This document shows positions 47,201 to 62,200 of a stretch of DNA of 64,000 bases, one piece after another. Position 1 is the first letter of the stretch, and every line of letters begins with the position of its first letter. The stretch lies in contig OZ059895.1 in the NCBI GenBank assembly GCA_964057225.1, positions 9,610,001-9,674,000 of the forward strand, given 5' to 3'. This DNA is from Auanema rhodensis. Its lineage: Eukaryota > Animalia > Nematoda. Position numbers and translations under genes: made by a program. The notes under the pieces were generated by a model. That model was not told where the DNA came from. It saw only the letters and a program-made list of their open reading frames with translations, and made no database searches.

Positions 47201-50200
47201 ATTGGAAAAAAAAGTATAACAAGGATAAGTATGTTAACGATTGAATATCAGATTTTTTCGCTTACGACCATACCACGTTGAAAGTACGCCATACAGCTGA
47301 TTTTCAATTTTATCTTTTCCGTAACAAATGTTTTCAATTTTCAAGCACTTTTACTTAGATAGCTCAACCAAAGGAAAGCAAATTATCTTCAATTTTATTT
47401 CTATATTACAGTTATAAACCAGTAGGTAATGAAACCTTCATCTTGAATTTACTGTTTCTATCTATTTCCTATTAGAACAAACATTGTTCAAACACTATGC
47501 AACTATGAAACCTTTTTTAATTTATTGTATTTGGAGCTCATAAAATTTGATATCATCGAGGGATCCAGATGGAACGTGGAAAATTATATAACTAAAATGA
47601 AATTGGAAAAAAAAATATAACAAGGATAAGTATGTTAACGATTGAATAACAGATATTTTCGCTTACGACCATACCACGTTGAAAGTACGCCATACAGCTG
47701 ATTTTCAATTTTATCTTTTCCGTAACAAATGTTTTCAATTTTCAAGCACTTTTACTTAGAAAGCTCAACCAAAGGAAAGCAAATTATCTTCAATTTTATT
47801 TCTATATTACAGTTATAAACCAGTAGGTAATGAAACCTTCATCTTGAATTTACTGTTTCTATCTATTTCCTATCAAAACAAACATTGTTCAAACACTATG
47901 CAACTATGAAACCTTTTTTAATTTATTGTATTTGGAGCTCATAAAATTTGAAATCATCGAGGGATCCAGATGGAACGTGGAAAATTACATAACTAACATG
48001 AAATTGGAAAAAAAAGTATAACAAGGATAAGTATGTTAACGATTGAATATCAGATATTTTCGCTTACGACCATACCACGTTGAAAATACGCCATACAGCT
48101 GATATTCAATTTTATCTTTTCCGTAACAAATGTTTTCAATTTTCAAGCACTTTTACTTGGATAGCTCAACCAAAGGAAAGCAAATTATCTTCAATTTTAT
48201 TTCTATATTACAGTTATAAACCAGTAGGTAATGAAACCTTCATCTTGAATTTACTGTTTCTATCTATTTCCTATTAAAACAAACATTGTTCAAACACTAT
48301 GCAACTATGAAACCTTTTTTAATTTATTGTATTTGGAGCTCATAAAATTTGATATCATCGAGGGATCCAGATGGAACGTGGAAAATTATATAACTAAAAT
48401 GAAATTGGAAAAAAAATATAACAAGGATAAGTATGTTAACGATTGAATAACAGATATTTTCGCTTACGACCATACCACGTTGAAAGTACGCCATACAGCT
48501 GATTTTCAATTTTATCTTTTCCGTAACAAATGTTTTCAATTTTCAAGCACTTTTACTTAGATAGCTCAACCAAAGGAAAGCAAATTATCTTCAATTTTAT
48601 TTCTATATTACAGTTATAAACCAGTAGGTAATGAAACCTTCATCTTGAATTTACTGTTTCTATCTATTTCCTATCAAAACAAACATTGTTCAAACACTAT
48701 GCAACTATGAAACCTTTTTTAATTTATTGTATTTGGAGCTCATAAAATTTGATATCATCGAGGGATCCAGATGGAACGTGGAAAATTACATAACTAAAAT
48801 GAAATTGGAAAAAAAAGTATAACAAGGATGAGTATGTTAACGATTGAATATCAGATTTTTTCGCTTACGACCATACCACGTTGAAAGTACGCCATACAGC
48901 TGATTTTCAATTTTATCTTTTCCGTAACAAATGGTTTCAATTTTCAAGCACTTTTACTTAGATAGCTCAACCAAAAGAAAGCAAATTATCTTCAATTTTA
49001 TTTCTATATTACAGTTATAAACCAGTAGGTAATGAAACCTTCATATTGAATTTACTGTTTCTATCTATTTTCTATTAAAACAAACATTGTTCAAACACTA
49101 TGCAACTATGAAACCTTTTTTAATTTATTGTATTTGGAGCTCATAAAATTTGATATCATCGAGGGATCCAGATGGAACGTGGAAAATTACATAACTAAAA
49201 TGAAATTGGAAAAAAAGTATAACAAGGATAAGTATGTTAACGATTGAATATCAGATATTTTCGCTTACGACCATACCACGTTGAAAATACGCCATACAGC
49301 TGATTTTCAATTTTATCTTTTCCGTAACAAATGTTTTCAATTTTCAAGCACTTTTACTTGGATAGCTCAACCAAAGGAAAGCAAATTATCTTCAATTTTA
49401 TTTCTATATTACAGTTATAAACCAGTAGGTAATGAAACCTTCATCTTGCATTTACTGTTTCTATCTATTTCCTATCAAAACAAACATTGTTCAAACACTA
49501 TGCAACTATGAAACCTTTTTTAATTCATTGTATTTGGAGCTCATAAAATTTGATATCATCGAGGGATCCAGATGGAACGTGGAAAATTACATAACTAAAA
49601 TGAAATTGGAAAAAAAAGTATAACAAGGATAAGTATGTTAACGATTGAATATCAGATATTTTCGCTTACGACCATACCACGTTGAAAGTACGCCATACAG
49701 CTTATTTTCAATTTTATCTTTTCCGTAACAAATGTTTTCAATTTTCAAGCACTTTTACTTAGATAGCTCAACCAAAGGAAAGCAAATTATCTTCAATTTT
49801 ATTTCTATATTACAGTTATAAACCAGTAGGTAATGAAACCTTCATCTTGAATTTACTGTTTCTATCTATTCCCTATCAAAACAAACATTGTTCAAACACT
49901 ATGCAACTATGAAACCTTTTTTAATTTATTGTATTTGAAGCTCATAAAATTTGATATCATCGAGGGATCCAGATGGAACGTGGAAAATTACATAACTAAC
50001 ATGAAATTGGAAAAAAAAGTATAACAAGGATAAGTATGTTAACGATTGAATATCAGATATTTTCGCTTACGACCATACCACGTTGAAAGTACGCCATACA
50101 GCTGATTTTCAATTTTATCTTTTCCGTAACAAATGGTTTCAATTTTCAAGCACTTTTACTTAGATAGCTCAACCAAAAGAAAGCAAATTATCTTCAATTT

Positions 50201-53200
50201 TATTTCTATATTACAGTTATAAACCAGTAGGTAATGAAACCTTCATCTTGAATTTACTGTTTCTATCTATTCCCTATCAAAATAAACATTGTTCAAACAC
50301 TATGCAACTATGAAACCTTTTTTAATTTATTGTATTTGGAGCTCATAAAATTTGATATCATCGAGGGATCCAGATGGAACGTGGAAAATTACATTACTAA
50401 CATGAAATTGGAAAAAAAAGTATAACAAGGATAAGTATGTTAACGATTGAATATCAGATATTTTCGCTTACGACCATACCACGTTGAAAGTACGCCATAC
50501 AGCTGATTTTCAATTTTATCTTTTCCGTAACAAATGTTTTCAATTTTCAAGCACTTTTACTTAGATAGCTCAACCAAAGGAAAGCAAATTATCTTCAATT
50601 TTATTTCTATATTACAGTTATAAACCAGTAGGTAATGAAACCTTCATCTTGAATTTACTGTTTCTATCTATTTCCTATCAAAACAAACATTGTTCAAACA
50701 CTATGCAACTATGAAACCTTTTTTAATTTATTGTATTTGGAGCTCATAAAATTTGAAATCATCGAGGGATCCAGATGGAACGTGGAAAATTACATAACTA
50801 ACATGAAATTGGAAAAAAAAGTATAACAAGGATAAGTATGTTAACGATTGAATATCAGATATTTTCGCTTACGACCATACCACGTTGAAAATACGCCATA
50901 CAGCTGATATTCAATTTTATCTTTTCCGTAACAAATGTTTTCAATTTTCAAGCACTTTTACTTGGATAGCTCAACCAAAGGAAAGCAAATTATCTTCAAT
51001 TTTATTTCTATATTACAGTTATAAACCAGTAGGTAATGAAACCTTCATCTTGAATTTACTGTTTCTATCTATTCCCTATTAAAACAAACATTGTTCAAAC
51101 ACTATGCAACTATGAAACCTTTTTTAATTTATTGTATTTGGAGCTCATAAAATTTGATATCATCGAGGGATCCAGATGGAACGTGGAAAATTATATAACT
51201 AAAATGAAATTGGAAAAAAAAATATAACAAGGATAAGTATGTTAACGATTGAATAACAGATATTTTCGCTTACGACCATACCACGTTGAAAGTACGCCAT
51301 ACAGCTGATTTTCAATTTTATCTTTTCCGTAACAAATGTTTTCAATTTTCAAGCACTTTTACTTAGATAGCTCAACCAAAGGAAAGCAAATTATCTTCAA
51401 TTTTATTTCTATATTACAGTTATAAACCAGTAGGTAATGAAACCTTCATCTTGAATTTACTGTTTCTATCTATTTCCTATCAAAACAAACATTGTTCAAA
51501 CACTATGCAACTATGAAACCTTTTTTAATTTATTGTATTTGGAGCTCATAAAATTTGATATCATCGAGGGATCCAGATGGAACGTGGAAAATTACATAAC
51601 TAAAATGAAATTGGAAAAAAAAGTATAACAAGGATAAGTATGTTAACGATTGAATATCAGATTTTTTCGCTTACGACCATACCACGTTGAAAGTACGCCA
51701 TACAGCTGATTTTCAATTTTATCTTTTCCGTAACAAATGGTTTCAATTTTCAAGCACTTTTACTTAGATAGCTCAACCAAAAGAAAGCAAATTATCTTCA
51801 ATTTTATTTCTATATTACAGTTATAAACCAGTAGGTAATGAAACCTTCATATTGAATTTACTGTTTCTATCTATTTTCTATTAAAACAAACATTGTTCAA
51901 ACACTATGCAACTATGAAACCTTTTTTAATTTATTGTATTTGGAGCTCATAAAATTTGATATCATCGAGGGATCCAGATGGAACGTGGAAAATTACATAA
52001 CTAAAATGAAATTGGAAAAAAAAGTATAACAAGGATAAGTATGTTAACGATTGAATATCAGATATTTTCGCTTACGACCATACCACGTTGAAAATACGCC
52101 ATACAGCTGATTTTCAATTTTATCTTTTCCGTAACAAATGTTTTCAATTTTCAAGCACTTTTACTTGGATAGCTCAACCAAAGGAAAGCAAATTATCTTC
52201 AATTTTATTTCTATATTACAGTTATAAACCAGTAGGTAATGAAACCTTCATCTTGCATTTACTGTTTCTATCTATTTCCTATCAAAACAAACATTGTTCA
52301 AACACTATGCAACTATGAAACCTTTTTTAATTCATTGTATTTGGAGCTCATAAAATTTGATATCATCGAGGGATCCAGATGGAACGTGGAAAATTACATA
52401 ACTAAAATGAAATTGGAAAAAAAAGTATAACAAGGATAAGTATGTTAACGATTGAATATCAGATATTTTCGCTTACGACCATACCACGTTGAAAGTACGC
52501 CATACAGCTGATTTTCAATTTTATCTTTTCCGTAACAAATGTTTTCAATTTTCAAGCACTTTTACTTAGATAGCTCAACCAAAGGAAAGCAAATTATCTT
52601 CAATTTTATTTCTATATTACAGTTATAAACCAGTAGGTAATGAAACCTTCATCTTGAATTTACTGTTTCTATCTATTCCCTATCAAAACAAACATTGTTC
52701 AAACACTATGCAACTATGAAACCTTTTTTAATTTATTGTATTTGAAGCTCATAAAATTTGATATCATCGAGGGATCCAGATGGAACGTGGAAAATTACAT
52801 AACTAACATGAAATTGGAAAAAAAAGTATAACAAGGATAAGTATGTTAACGATTGAATATCAGATATTTTCGCTTACGACCATACCACGTTGAAAGTACG
52901 CCATACAGCTGATTTTCAATTTTATCTTTTCCGTAACAAATGGTTTCAATTTTCAAGCACTTTTACTTAGATAGCTCAACCAAAAGAAAGCAAATTATCT
53001 TCAATTTTATTTCTATATTACAGTTATAAACCAGTAGGTAATGAAACCTTCATCTTGAATTTACTGTTTCTATCTATTCCCTATCAAAATAAACATTGTT
53101 CAAACACTATGCAACTATGAAACCTTTTTTAATTTATTGTATTTGGAGCTCATAAAATTTGATATCATCGAGGGATCCAGATGGAACGTGGAAAATTACA

Positions 53201-56200
53201 TTACTAACATGAAATTGGAAAAAAAAGTATAACAAGGATAAGTATGTTAACGATTGAATATCAGAAATTTTCGCTTACGACCATACCACGTTGAAAGTAC
53301 GCCATACAGCTGATTTTCAATTTTATCTTTTCCGTAACAAATGGTTTCAATTTTCAAGCACTTTTACTTAGATAGCTCAACCAAAAGAAAGCAAATTATC
53401 TTCAATTTTATTTCTATATTACAGTTATAAACCAGTAGGTAATGAAACCTTCATCTTGAATTTACTGTTTCTATCTATTCCCTATCAAAATAAACATTGT
53501 TCAAACACTATGCAACTATGAAACCTTTTTTAATTTATTGTATTTGGAGCTCATAAAATTTGATATCATCGAGGGATCCAGATGGAACGTGGAAAATTAC
53601 ATTACTAACATGAAATTGGAAAAAAAAGTATAACAAGGATAAGTATGTTAACGATTGAATATCAGATATTTTCGCTTACGACCATACCACGTTGAAAGTA
53701 CGCCATACAGCTGATTTTCAATTTTATCTTTTCCGTAACAAATGGTTTCAATTTTCAAGCACTTTTACTTAGATAGCTCAACCAAAAGAAAGCAAATTAT
53801 CTTCAATTTTATTTCTATATTACAGTTATAAACCAGTAGGTAATGAAACCTTCATCTTGCATTTACTGTTTCTATCTATTTCCTATCAAAACAAACATTG
53901 TTCAAACACTATGCAACTATGAAACCTTTTTTAATTCATTGTATTTGGAGCTCATAAAATTTGATATCATCGAGGGATCCAGATGGAACGTGGAAAATTA
54001 CATAACTAAAATGAAATTGGAAAAAAAAGTATAACAAGGATAAGTATGTTAACGATTGAATATCAGATATTTTCGCTTACGACCATACCACGTTGAAAGT
54101 ACGCCATACAGCTGATTTTCAATTTTATCTTTTCCGTAACAAATGTTTTCAATTTTCAAGCACTTTTACTTAGATAGCTCAACCAAAGGAAAGCAAATTA
54201 TCTTCAATTTTATTTCTATATTACAGTTATAAACCAGTAGGTAATGAAACCTTCATCTTGAATTTACTGTTTCTATCTATTCCCTATCAAAACAAACATT
54301 GTTCAAACACTATGCAACTATGAAACCTTTTTTAATTTATTGTATTTGAAGCTCATAAAATTTGATATCATCGAGGGATCCAGATGGAACGTGGAAAATT
54401 ACATAACTAACATGAAATTGGAAAAAAAAGTATAACAAGGATAAGTATGTTAACGATTGAATATCAGATATTTTCGCTTACGACCATACCACGTTGAAAG
54501 TACGCCATACAGCTGATTTTCAATTTTATCTTTTCCGTAACAAATGGTTTCAATTTTCAAGCACTTTTACTTAGATAGCTCAACCAAAAGAAAGCAAATT
54601 ATCTTCAATTTTATTTCTATATTACAGTTATAAACCAGTAGGTAATGAAACCTTCATCTTGAATTTACTGTTTCTATCTATTCCCTATCAAAATAAACAT
54701 TGTTCAAACACTATGCAACTATGAAACCTTTTTTAATTTATTGTATTTGGAGCTCATAAAATTTGATATCATCGAGGGATCCAGATGGAACGTGGAAAAT
54801 TACATTACTAACATGAAATTGGAAAAAAAAGTATAACAAGGATAAGTATGTTAACGATTGAATATCAGAAATTTTCGCTTACGACCATACCACGTTGAAA
54901 GTACGCCATACAGCTGATTTTCAATTTTATCTTTTCCGTAACAAATGGTTTCAATTTTCAAGCACTTTTACTTAGATAGCTCAACCAAAAGAAAGCAAAT
55001 TATCTTCAATTTTATTTCTATATTACAGTTATAAACCAGTAGGTAATGAAACCTTCATCTTGAATTTACTGTTTCTATCTATTCCCTATCAAAATAAACA
55101 TTGTTCAAACACTATGCAACTATGAAACCTTTTTTAATTTATTGTATTTGGAGCTCATAAAATTTGATATCATCGAGGGATCCAGATGGAACGTGGAAAA
55201 TTACATTACTAACATGAAATTGGAAAAAAAAGTATAACAAGGATAAGTATGTTAACGATTGAATATCAGATATTTTCGCTTACGACCATACCACGTTGAA
55301 AGTACGCCATACAGCTGATTTTCAATTTTATCTTTTCCGTAACAAATGGTTTCAATTTTCAAGCACTTTTACTTAGATAGCTCAACCAAAAGAAAGCAAA
55401 TTATCTTCAATTTTATTTCTATATTACAGTTATAAACCAGTAGGTAATGAAACCTTCATCTTGAATTTACTGTTTCTATCTATTCCCTATCAAAATAAAC
55501 ATTGTTCAAACACTATGCAACTATGAAACCTTTTTTAATTTATTGTATTTGGAGCTCATAAAATTTGATATCATCGAGGGATCCAGATGGAACGTGGAAA
55601 ATTACATAACTAACATGAAATTGGAAAAAAAAGTATAACAAGGATAAGTATGTTAACGATTGAATATCAGATATTTTCGCTTACGACCATACCACGTTGA
55701 AAGTACGCCATACAGCTGATTTTCAATTTTATCTTTTCCGTAACAAATGGTTTCAATTTTCAAGCACTTTTACTTAGATAGCTCAACCAAAAGAAAGCAA
55801 ATTATCTTCAATTTTATTTCTATATTACAGTTATAAACCAGTAGGTAATGAAACCTTCATCTTGAATTTACTGTTTCTATCTATTCCCTATCAAAATAAA
55901 CATTGTTCAAACACTATGCAACTATGAAACCTTTTTTAATTTATTGTATTTGGAGCTCATAAAATTTGATATCATCGAGGGATCCAGATGGAACGTGGAA
56001 AATTACATTACTAACATGAAATTGGAAAAAAAAGTATAACAAGGATAAGTATGTTAACGATTGAATATCAGATATTTTCGCTTACGACCATACCACGTTG
56101 AAAGTACGCCATACAGCTGATTTTCAATTTTATCTTTTCCGTAACAAATGGTTTCAATTTTCAAGCACTTTTACTTAGATAGCTCAACCAAAAGAAAGCA

Positions 56201-59200
56201 AATTATCTTCAATTTTATTTCTATATTACAGTTATAAACCAGTAGGTAATGAAACCTTCATCTTGAATTTACTGTTTCTATCTATTCCCTATCAAAATAA
56301 ACATTGTTCAAACACTATGCAACTATGAAACATTTTTTAATTTATTGTATTTGGAGCTCATAAAATTTGATATCATCGAGGGATCCAGATGGAACGTGGA
56401 AAATTACATAACTAACATGAAATTGGAAAAAAAAGTATAACAAGGATAAGTATGTTAACGATTGAATATCAGATATTTTCGCTTACGACCATACCACGTT
56501 GAAAGTACGCCATACAGCTGATTTTCAATTTTATCTTTTCCGTAACAAATGGTTTCAATTTTCAAGCACTTTTACTTAGATAGCTCAACCAAAAGAAAGC
56601 AAATTATCTTCAATTTTATTTCTATATTACAGTTATAAACCAGTAGGTAATGAAACCTTCATCTTGAATTTACTGTTTCTATCTATTCCCTATCAAAATA
56701 AACATTGTTCAAACACTATGCAACTATGAAACCTTTTTTAATTTATTGTATTTGGAGCTCATAAAATTTGATATCATCGAGGGATCCAGATGGAACGTGG
56801 AAAATTACATTACTAACATGAAATTGGAAAAAAAAGTATAACAAGGATAAGTATGTTAACGATTGAATATCAGATATTTTCGCTTACGACCATACCACGT
56901 TGAAAGTACGCCATACAGCTGATTTTCAATTTTATCTTTTCCGTAACAAATGTTTTCAATTTTCAAGCACTTTTACTTAGATAGCTCAACCAAAGGAAAG
57001 CAAATTATCTTCAATTTTATTTCTATATTACAGTTATAAACCAGTAGGTAATGAAACCTTCATCTTGAATTTACTGTTTCTATCTATTTCCTATCAAAAC
57101 AAACATTGTTCAAACACTATGCAACTATGAAACCTTTTTTAATTTATTGTATTTGGAGCTCATAAAATTTGAAATCATCGAGGGATCCAGATGGAACGTG
57201 GAAAATTACATAACTAACATGAAATTGGAAAAAAAAGTATAACAAGGATAAGTATGTTAACGATTGAATATCAGATATTTTCGCTTACGACCATACCACG
57301 TTGAAAATACGCCATACAGCTGATATTCAATTTTATCTTTTCCGTAACAAATGTTTTCAATTTTCAAGCACTTTTACTTAGATAGCTCAACCAAAGGAAA
57401 GCAAATTATCTTTAATTTTATTTCTATATTACAGTTATAAACCAGCAGGTAATGAAACCTTCATCTTGAATTTACTGTTTCTATCTATTTCCTATCAAAA
57501 CAAACATTGTTCAAACACTATGCAACTATGAAACCTTTTTTAATTTATTGTATTTGGAGCTCATAAAATTTGATATCATCGAGGGATCCAGATGGAACGT
57601 GGAAAATTACATAACTAACATGAAATTGGAAAAAAAAGTATAACAAGGATAAGTATGTTAACGATTGAATATCAGATATTTTCGCTTACGACCATACCAC
57701 GTTGAAAGTACGCCATACAGCTGATTTTTAATTTTATCTTTTCCGTAACAAATGTTTTCAATTTTCAAGCACTTTTACTTAGATAGCTCAACCAAAGGAA
57801 AGCAAATTATCTTTAATTTTATTTCTATATTACAGTTATAAACCAGCAGGTAATGAAACCTTCATCTTGAATTTACTGTTTCTATCTATTTCCTATCAAA
57901 ACAAACATTGTTCAAACACTATGCAACTATGAAACCTTTTTTAATTTATTGTATTTGGAGCTCATAAAATTTGATATCATCGAGGGATCCAGATGGAACG
58001 TGGAAAATTACATTACTAACATGAAATTGGAAAAAAAAATATAACAAGGATAAGTATGTTAACGATTGAATAACAGATATTTTCGCTTACGACCATACCA
58101 CGTTGAAAGTACGCCATACAGCTGATTTTCAATTTTATCTTTTCCGTAACAAATGTTTTCAATTTTCAAGCACTTTTACTTAGATAGCTCAACCAAAGGA
58201 AAGCAAATTATCTTCAATTTTATTTCTATATTACAGTTATAAACCAGTAGGTAATGAAACCTTCATCTTGAATTTACTGTTTCTATCTATTTCCTATCAA
58301 AACAAACATTGTTCAAACACTATGCAACTATGAAACCTTTTTTAATTTATTGTATTTGGAGCTCATAAAATTTGATATCATCGAGGGATCCAGATGGAAC
58401 GTGGAAAATTACATAACTAACATGAAATTGGAAAAAAAGTATAACAAGGATAAGTATGTTAACGATTGAATAACAGATATTTTCGCTTACGACCATACCA
58501 CGTTGAAAGTACGCCATACAGCTGATTTTCAATTTTATCTTTTCCGTAACAAATGTTTTCAATTTTCAAGCACTTTTACTTAGATAGCTCAACCAAAGGA
58601 AAGCAAATTATCTTCAATTTTATTTCTATATTACAGTTATAAACCAGTAGGTAATGAAACCTTCATCTTGAATTTACTGTTTCTATCTATTTCCTATCAA
58701 AACAAACATTGTTCAAACACTATGCAACTATGAAACCTTTTTTAATTCATTGTATTTGGAGCTCATAAAATTTGATATCATCGAGGGATCCAGATGGAAC
58801 GTGGAAAATTACATAACTAAAATGAAATTGGAAAAAAAAGTATAACAAGGATAAGTATGTTAACGATTGAATATCAGATTTTTTCGCTTACGACCATACC
58901 ACGTTGAAAGTACGCCATACAGCTGATTTTCAATTTTATCTTTTCCGTAACAAATGGTTTCAATTTTCAAGCACTTTTACTTAGATAGCTCAACCAAAAG
59001 AAAGCAAATTATCTTCAATTTTATTTCTATATTACAGTTATAAACCAGTAGGTAATGAAACCTTCATCTTGAATTTACTGTTTCTATCTATTTTCTATTA
59101 AAACAAACATTGTTCAAACACTATGCAACTATGAAACCTTTTTTAATTTATTGTATTTGGAGCTCATAAAATTTGATATCATCGAGGGATCCAGATGGAA

Positions 59201-62200
59201 CGTGGAAAATTATATAACTAAAATGAAATTGGAAAAAAAAATATAACAAGGATAAGTATGTTAACGATTGAATAACAGATATTTTCGCTTACGACCATAC
59301 CACGTTAAAAGTACGCCATACAGCTGATTTTCAATTTTATCTTTTCCGTAACAAATGTTTTCAATTTTCAAGCACTTTTACTTAGATAGCTCAACCAAAG
59401 GAAAGCAAATTATCTTCAATTTTATTTCTATATTACAGTTATAAACCAGTAGGTAATGAAACCTTCATCTTGAATTTACTGTTTCTATCTATTTCCTATC
59501 AAAACAAACATTGTTCAAACACTATGCAACTACAGTCCTGTGCAAAAAACCTCGGACAAAAATATCTTAGAGGCCCCAGAAACCCCTTCAAACTACAAAA
59601 AAAATTTTTTTTTAAATTTCATAAGTTTCGTAAAGTCACATAGTATATATTCAGTCAAAATATATGTCAATATAACTAAAACTGATTTCAATATTTTTTC
59701 TAAATTTATAAGGAAAAATAGTGTTTTTTGACTATTTTGAATAATTCATCTTAATATAACAAAATTTGAGATTAGGAACATGTTAATTCATTAAAAAATA
59801 TTTTAAAATGATTCTAAGCACAAAGCTCAATCAATAACTAAGTTTTTCCTATGGCATAGCTTCAAACAAGTAAGCTTCAGCATCTGAATCTTACTGAATA
59901 TCTATGAAGATAACGTGGTTAACATACAACCAAATTCTCCCGTTTAAAAGAAAAATAGACGTTTAGTGTACTCCTAACATTCTATCAAAAGATTATTTCT
60001 GAAGTCTTGATGAAACTTCTGAAATTCAAGAAAGAAGACTTCTAGCAGTTTATGAAAATTTCGGAGACTCCAAAAAATACTTTTGAACATGATTTTCAAA
60101 ACTTTAAAGATTTTTTCTGAATTCATTATCAATTTTTAACACTCAAAATGTATTTTTTCTGATTTTTTGTAGTTTGTCTGAGAAGGTATAAGGGATTCTA
60201 AAAGTTGTCCGAGGTTTTTTGCACATGACTGTATGAAACCTTTTTTAATTTATTGTATTTGGAGCTCATAAAATTTGATATCATCGAGGGATCCAGATGG
60301 AACGTGGAAAATTACATAACTAAAATGAAATTGGAAAAAAAAGTATAACAAGGATAAGTATGTTAACGATTGAATATCAGATTTTTTCGCTTACGACCAT
60401 ACCACGTTGAAAGTACGCCATACAGCTGATTTTCAATTTTATCTTTTCCGTAACAAATGGTTTCAATTTTCAAGCACTTTTACTTAGATAGCTCAACCAA
60501 AAGAAAGCAAATTATCTTCAATTTTATTTCTATATTACAGTTATAAACCAGTAGGTAATGAAACCTTCATCTTGAATTTACTGTTTCTATCTATTTCCTA
60601 TCAAAACAAACATTGTTCAAACACTATGCAACTATGAAACCTTTTTTAATTTATTGTATTTGGAGCTCATAAAATTTGATATCATCGAGGGATCCAGATG
60701 GAACGTGGAAAATTACATAACTAACATGAAATTGGAAAAAAAAGTATAACAAGGATAAGTATGTTAACGATTGAATATTAGATTTTTTCGCTTACGACCA
60801 TACCACGTTGAAAGTACGCCATACAGCTGATTTTCAATTTTATCTTTTCCGTAACAAATGGTTTCAATTTTCAAGCACTTTTACTTAGATAGCTCAACCA
60901 AAAGAAAGCAAATTATCTTCAATTTTATTTCTATATTACAGTTATAAACCAGTAGGTAATGAAACCTTCATATTGAATTTACTGTTTCTATCTATTTTCT
61001 ATTAAAACAAGCATTGTTCAAACACTATGCAACTATGAAACCTTTTTTAATTTATTGTATTTGGAGCTCATAAAATTTGATATCATCGAGGGATCCAGAT
61101 GGAACGTGGAAAATTACATAACTAACATGAAATTGGAAAAAAAAGTATAACAAGGATAAGTACGTTAACGATTGAATATCAGATATTTTCGCTTACGACC
61201 ATACCACGTTGAAAATACGCCATACAGCTGATTTTCAATTTTATCTTTTCCGTAACAAATGTTTTCAATTTTCAAGCACTTTTACTTGGATAGCTCAACC
61301 AAAGGAGAGCAAATTATCTTCAATTTTATTTCTATATTACAGTTATAAACCAGTAGGTAATGAAACCTTCATCTTGCATTTACTGTTTCTATCTATTTCC
61401 TATCAAAACAAACATTGTTCAAACACTATGCAACTATGAAACCTTTTTTAATTCATTGTATTTGGAGCTCATAAAATTTGATATCATCGAGGGATCCAGA
61501 TGGAACGTGGAAAATTACATAACTAAAATGAAATTGGAAAAAAAAGTATAACAAGGATAAGTATGTTAACGATTGAATATCAGATATTTTCGCTTACGAC
61601 CATACCACGTTGAAAGTACGCCATACAGCTGATTTTCAATTTTATCTTTTCCGTAACAAATGTTTTCAATTTTCAAGCACTTTTACTTAGATAGCTCAAC
61701 CAAAGAAAAGCAAATTATCTTCAATTTTATTTCTATATTACAGTTATAAACCAGTAGGTAATGAAACCTTCATCTTGAATTTACTGTTTCTATCTATTTC
61801 CTATCGAAACAAACATTGTTCAAACACTATGCAACTATGAAACCTTTTTTAATTTATTGTATTTGGAGCTCATAAAATTTGATATCATCGAGGGATCCAG
61901 ATGGAACGTGGAAAATTACATAACTAACATGAAATTGGAAAAAAAAGTATAACAAGGATAAGTACGTTAACGATTGAATATCAGATATTTTCGCTTACGA
62001 CCATACCACGTTGAAAATACGCCATACAGCTGATTTTCAATTTTATCTTTTCCGTAACAAATGTTTTCAATTTTCAAGCACTTTTACTTGGATAGCTCAA
62101 CCAAAGGAAAGCAAATTATCTTCAATTTTATTTCTATATTACAGTTATAAACCAGTAGGTAATGAAACCTTCATCTTGCATTTACTGTTTCTATCTATTT

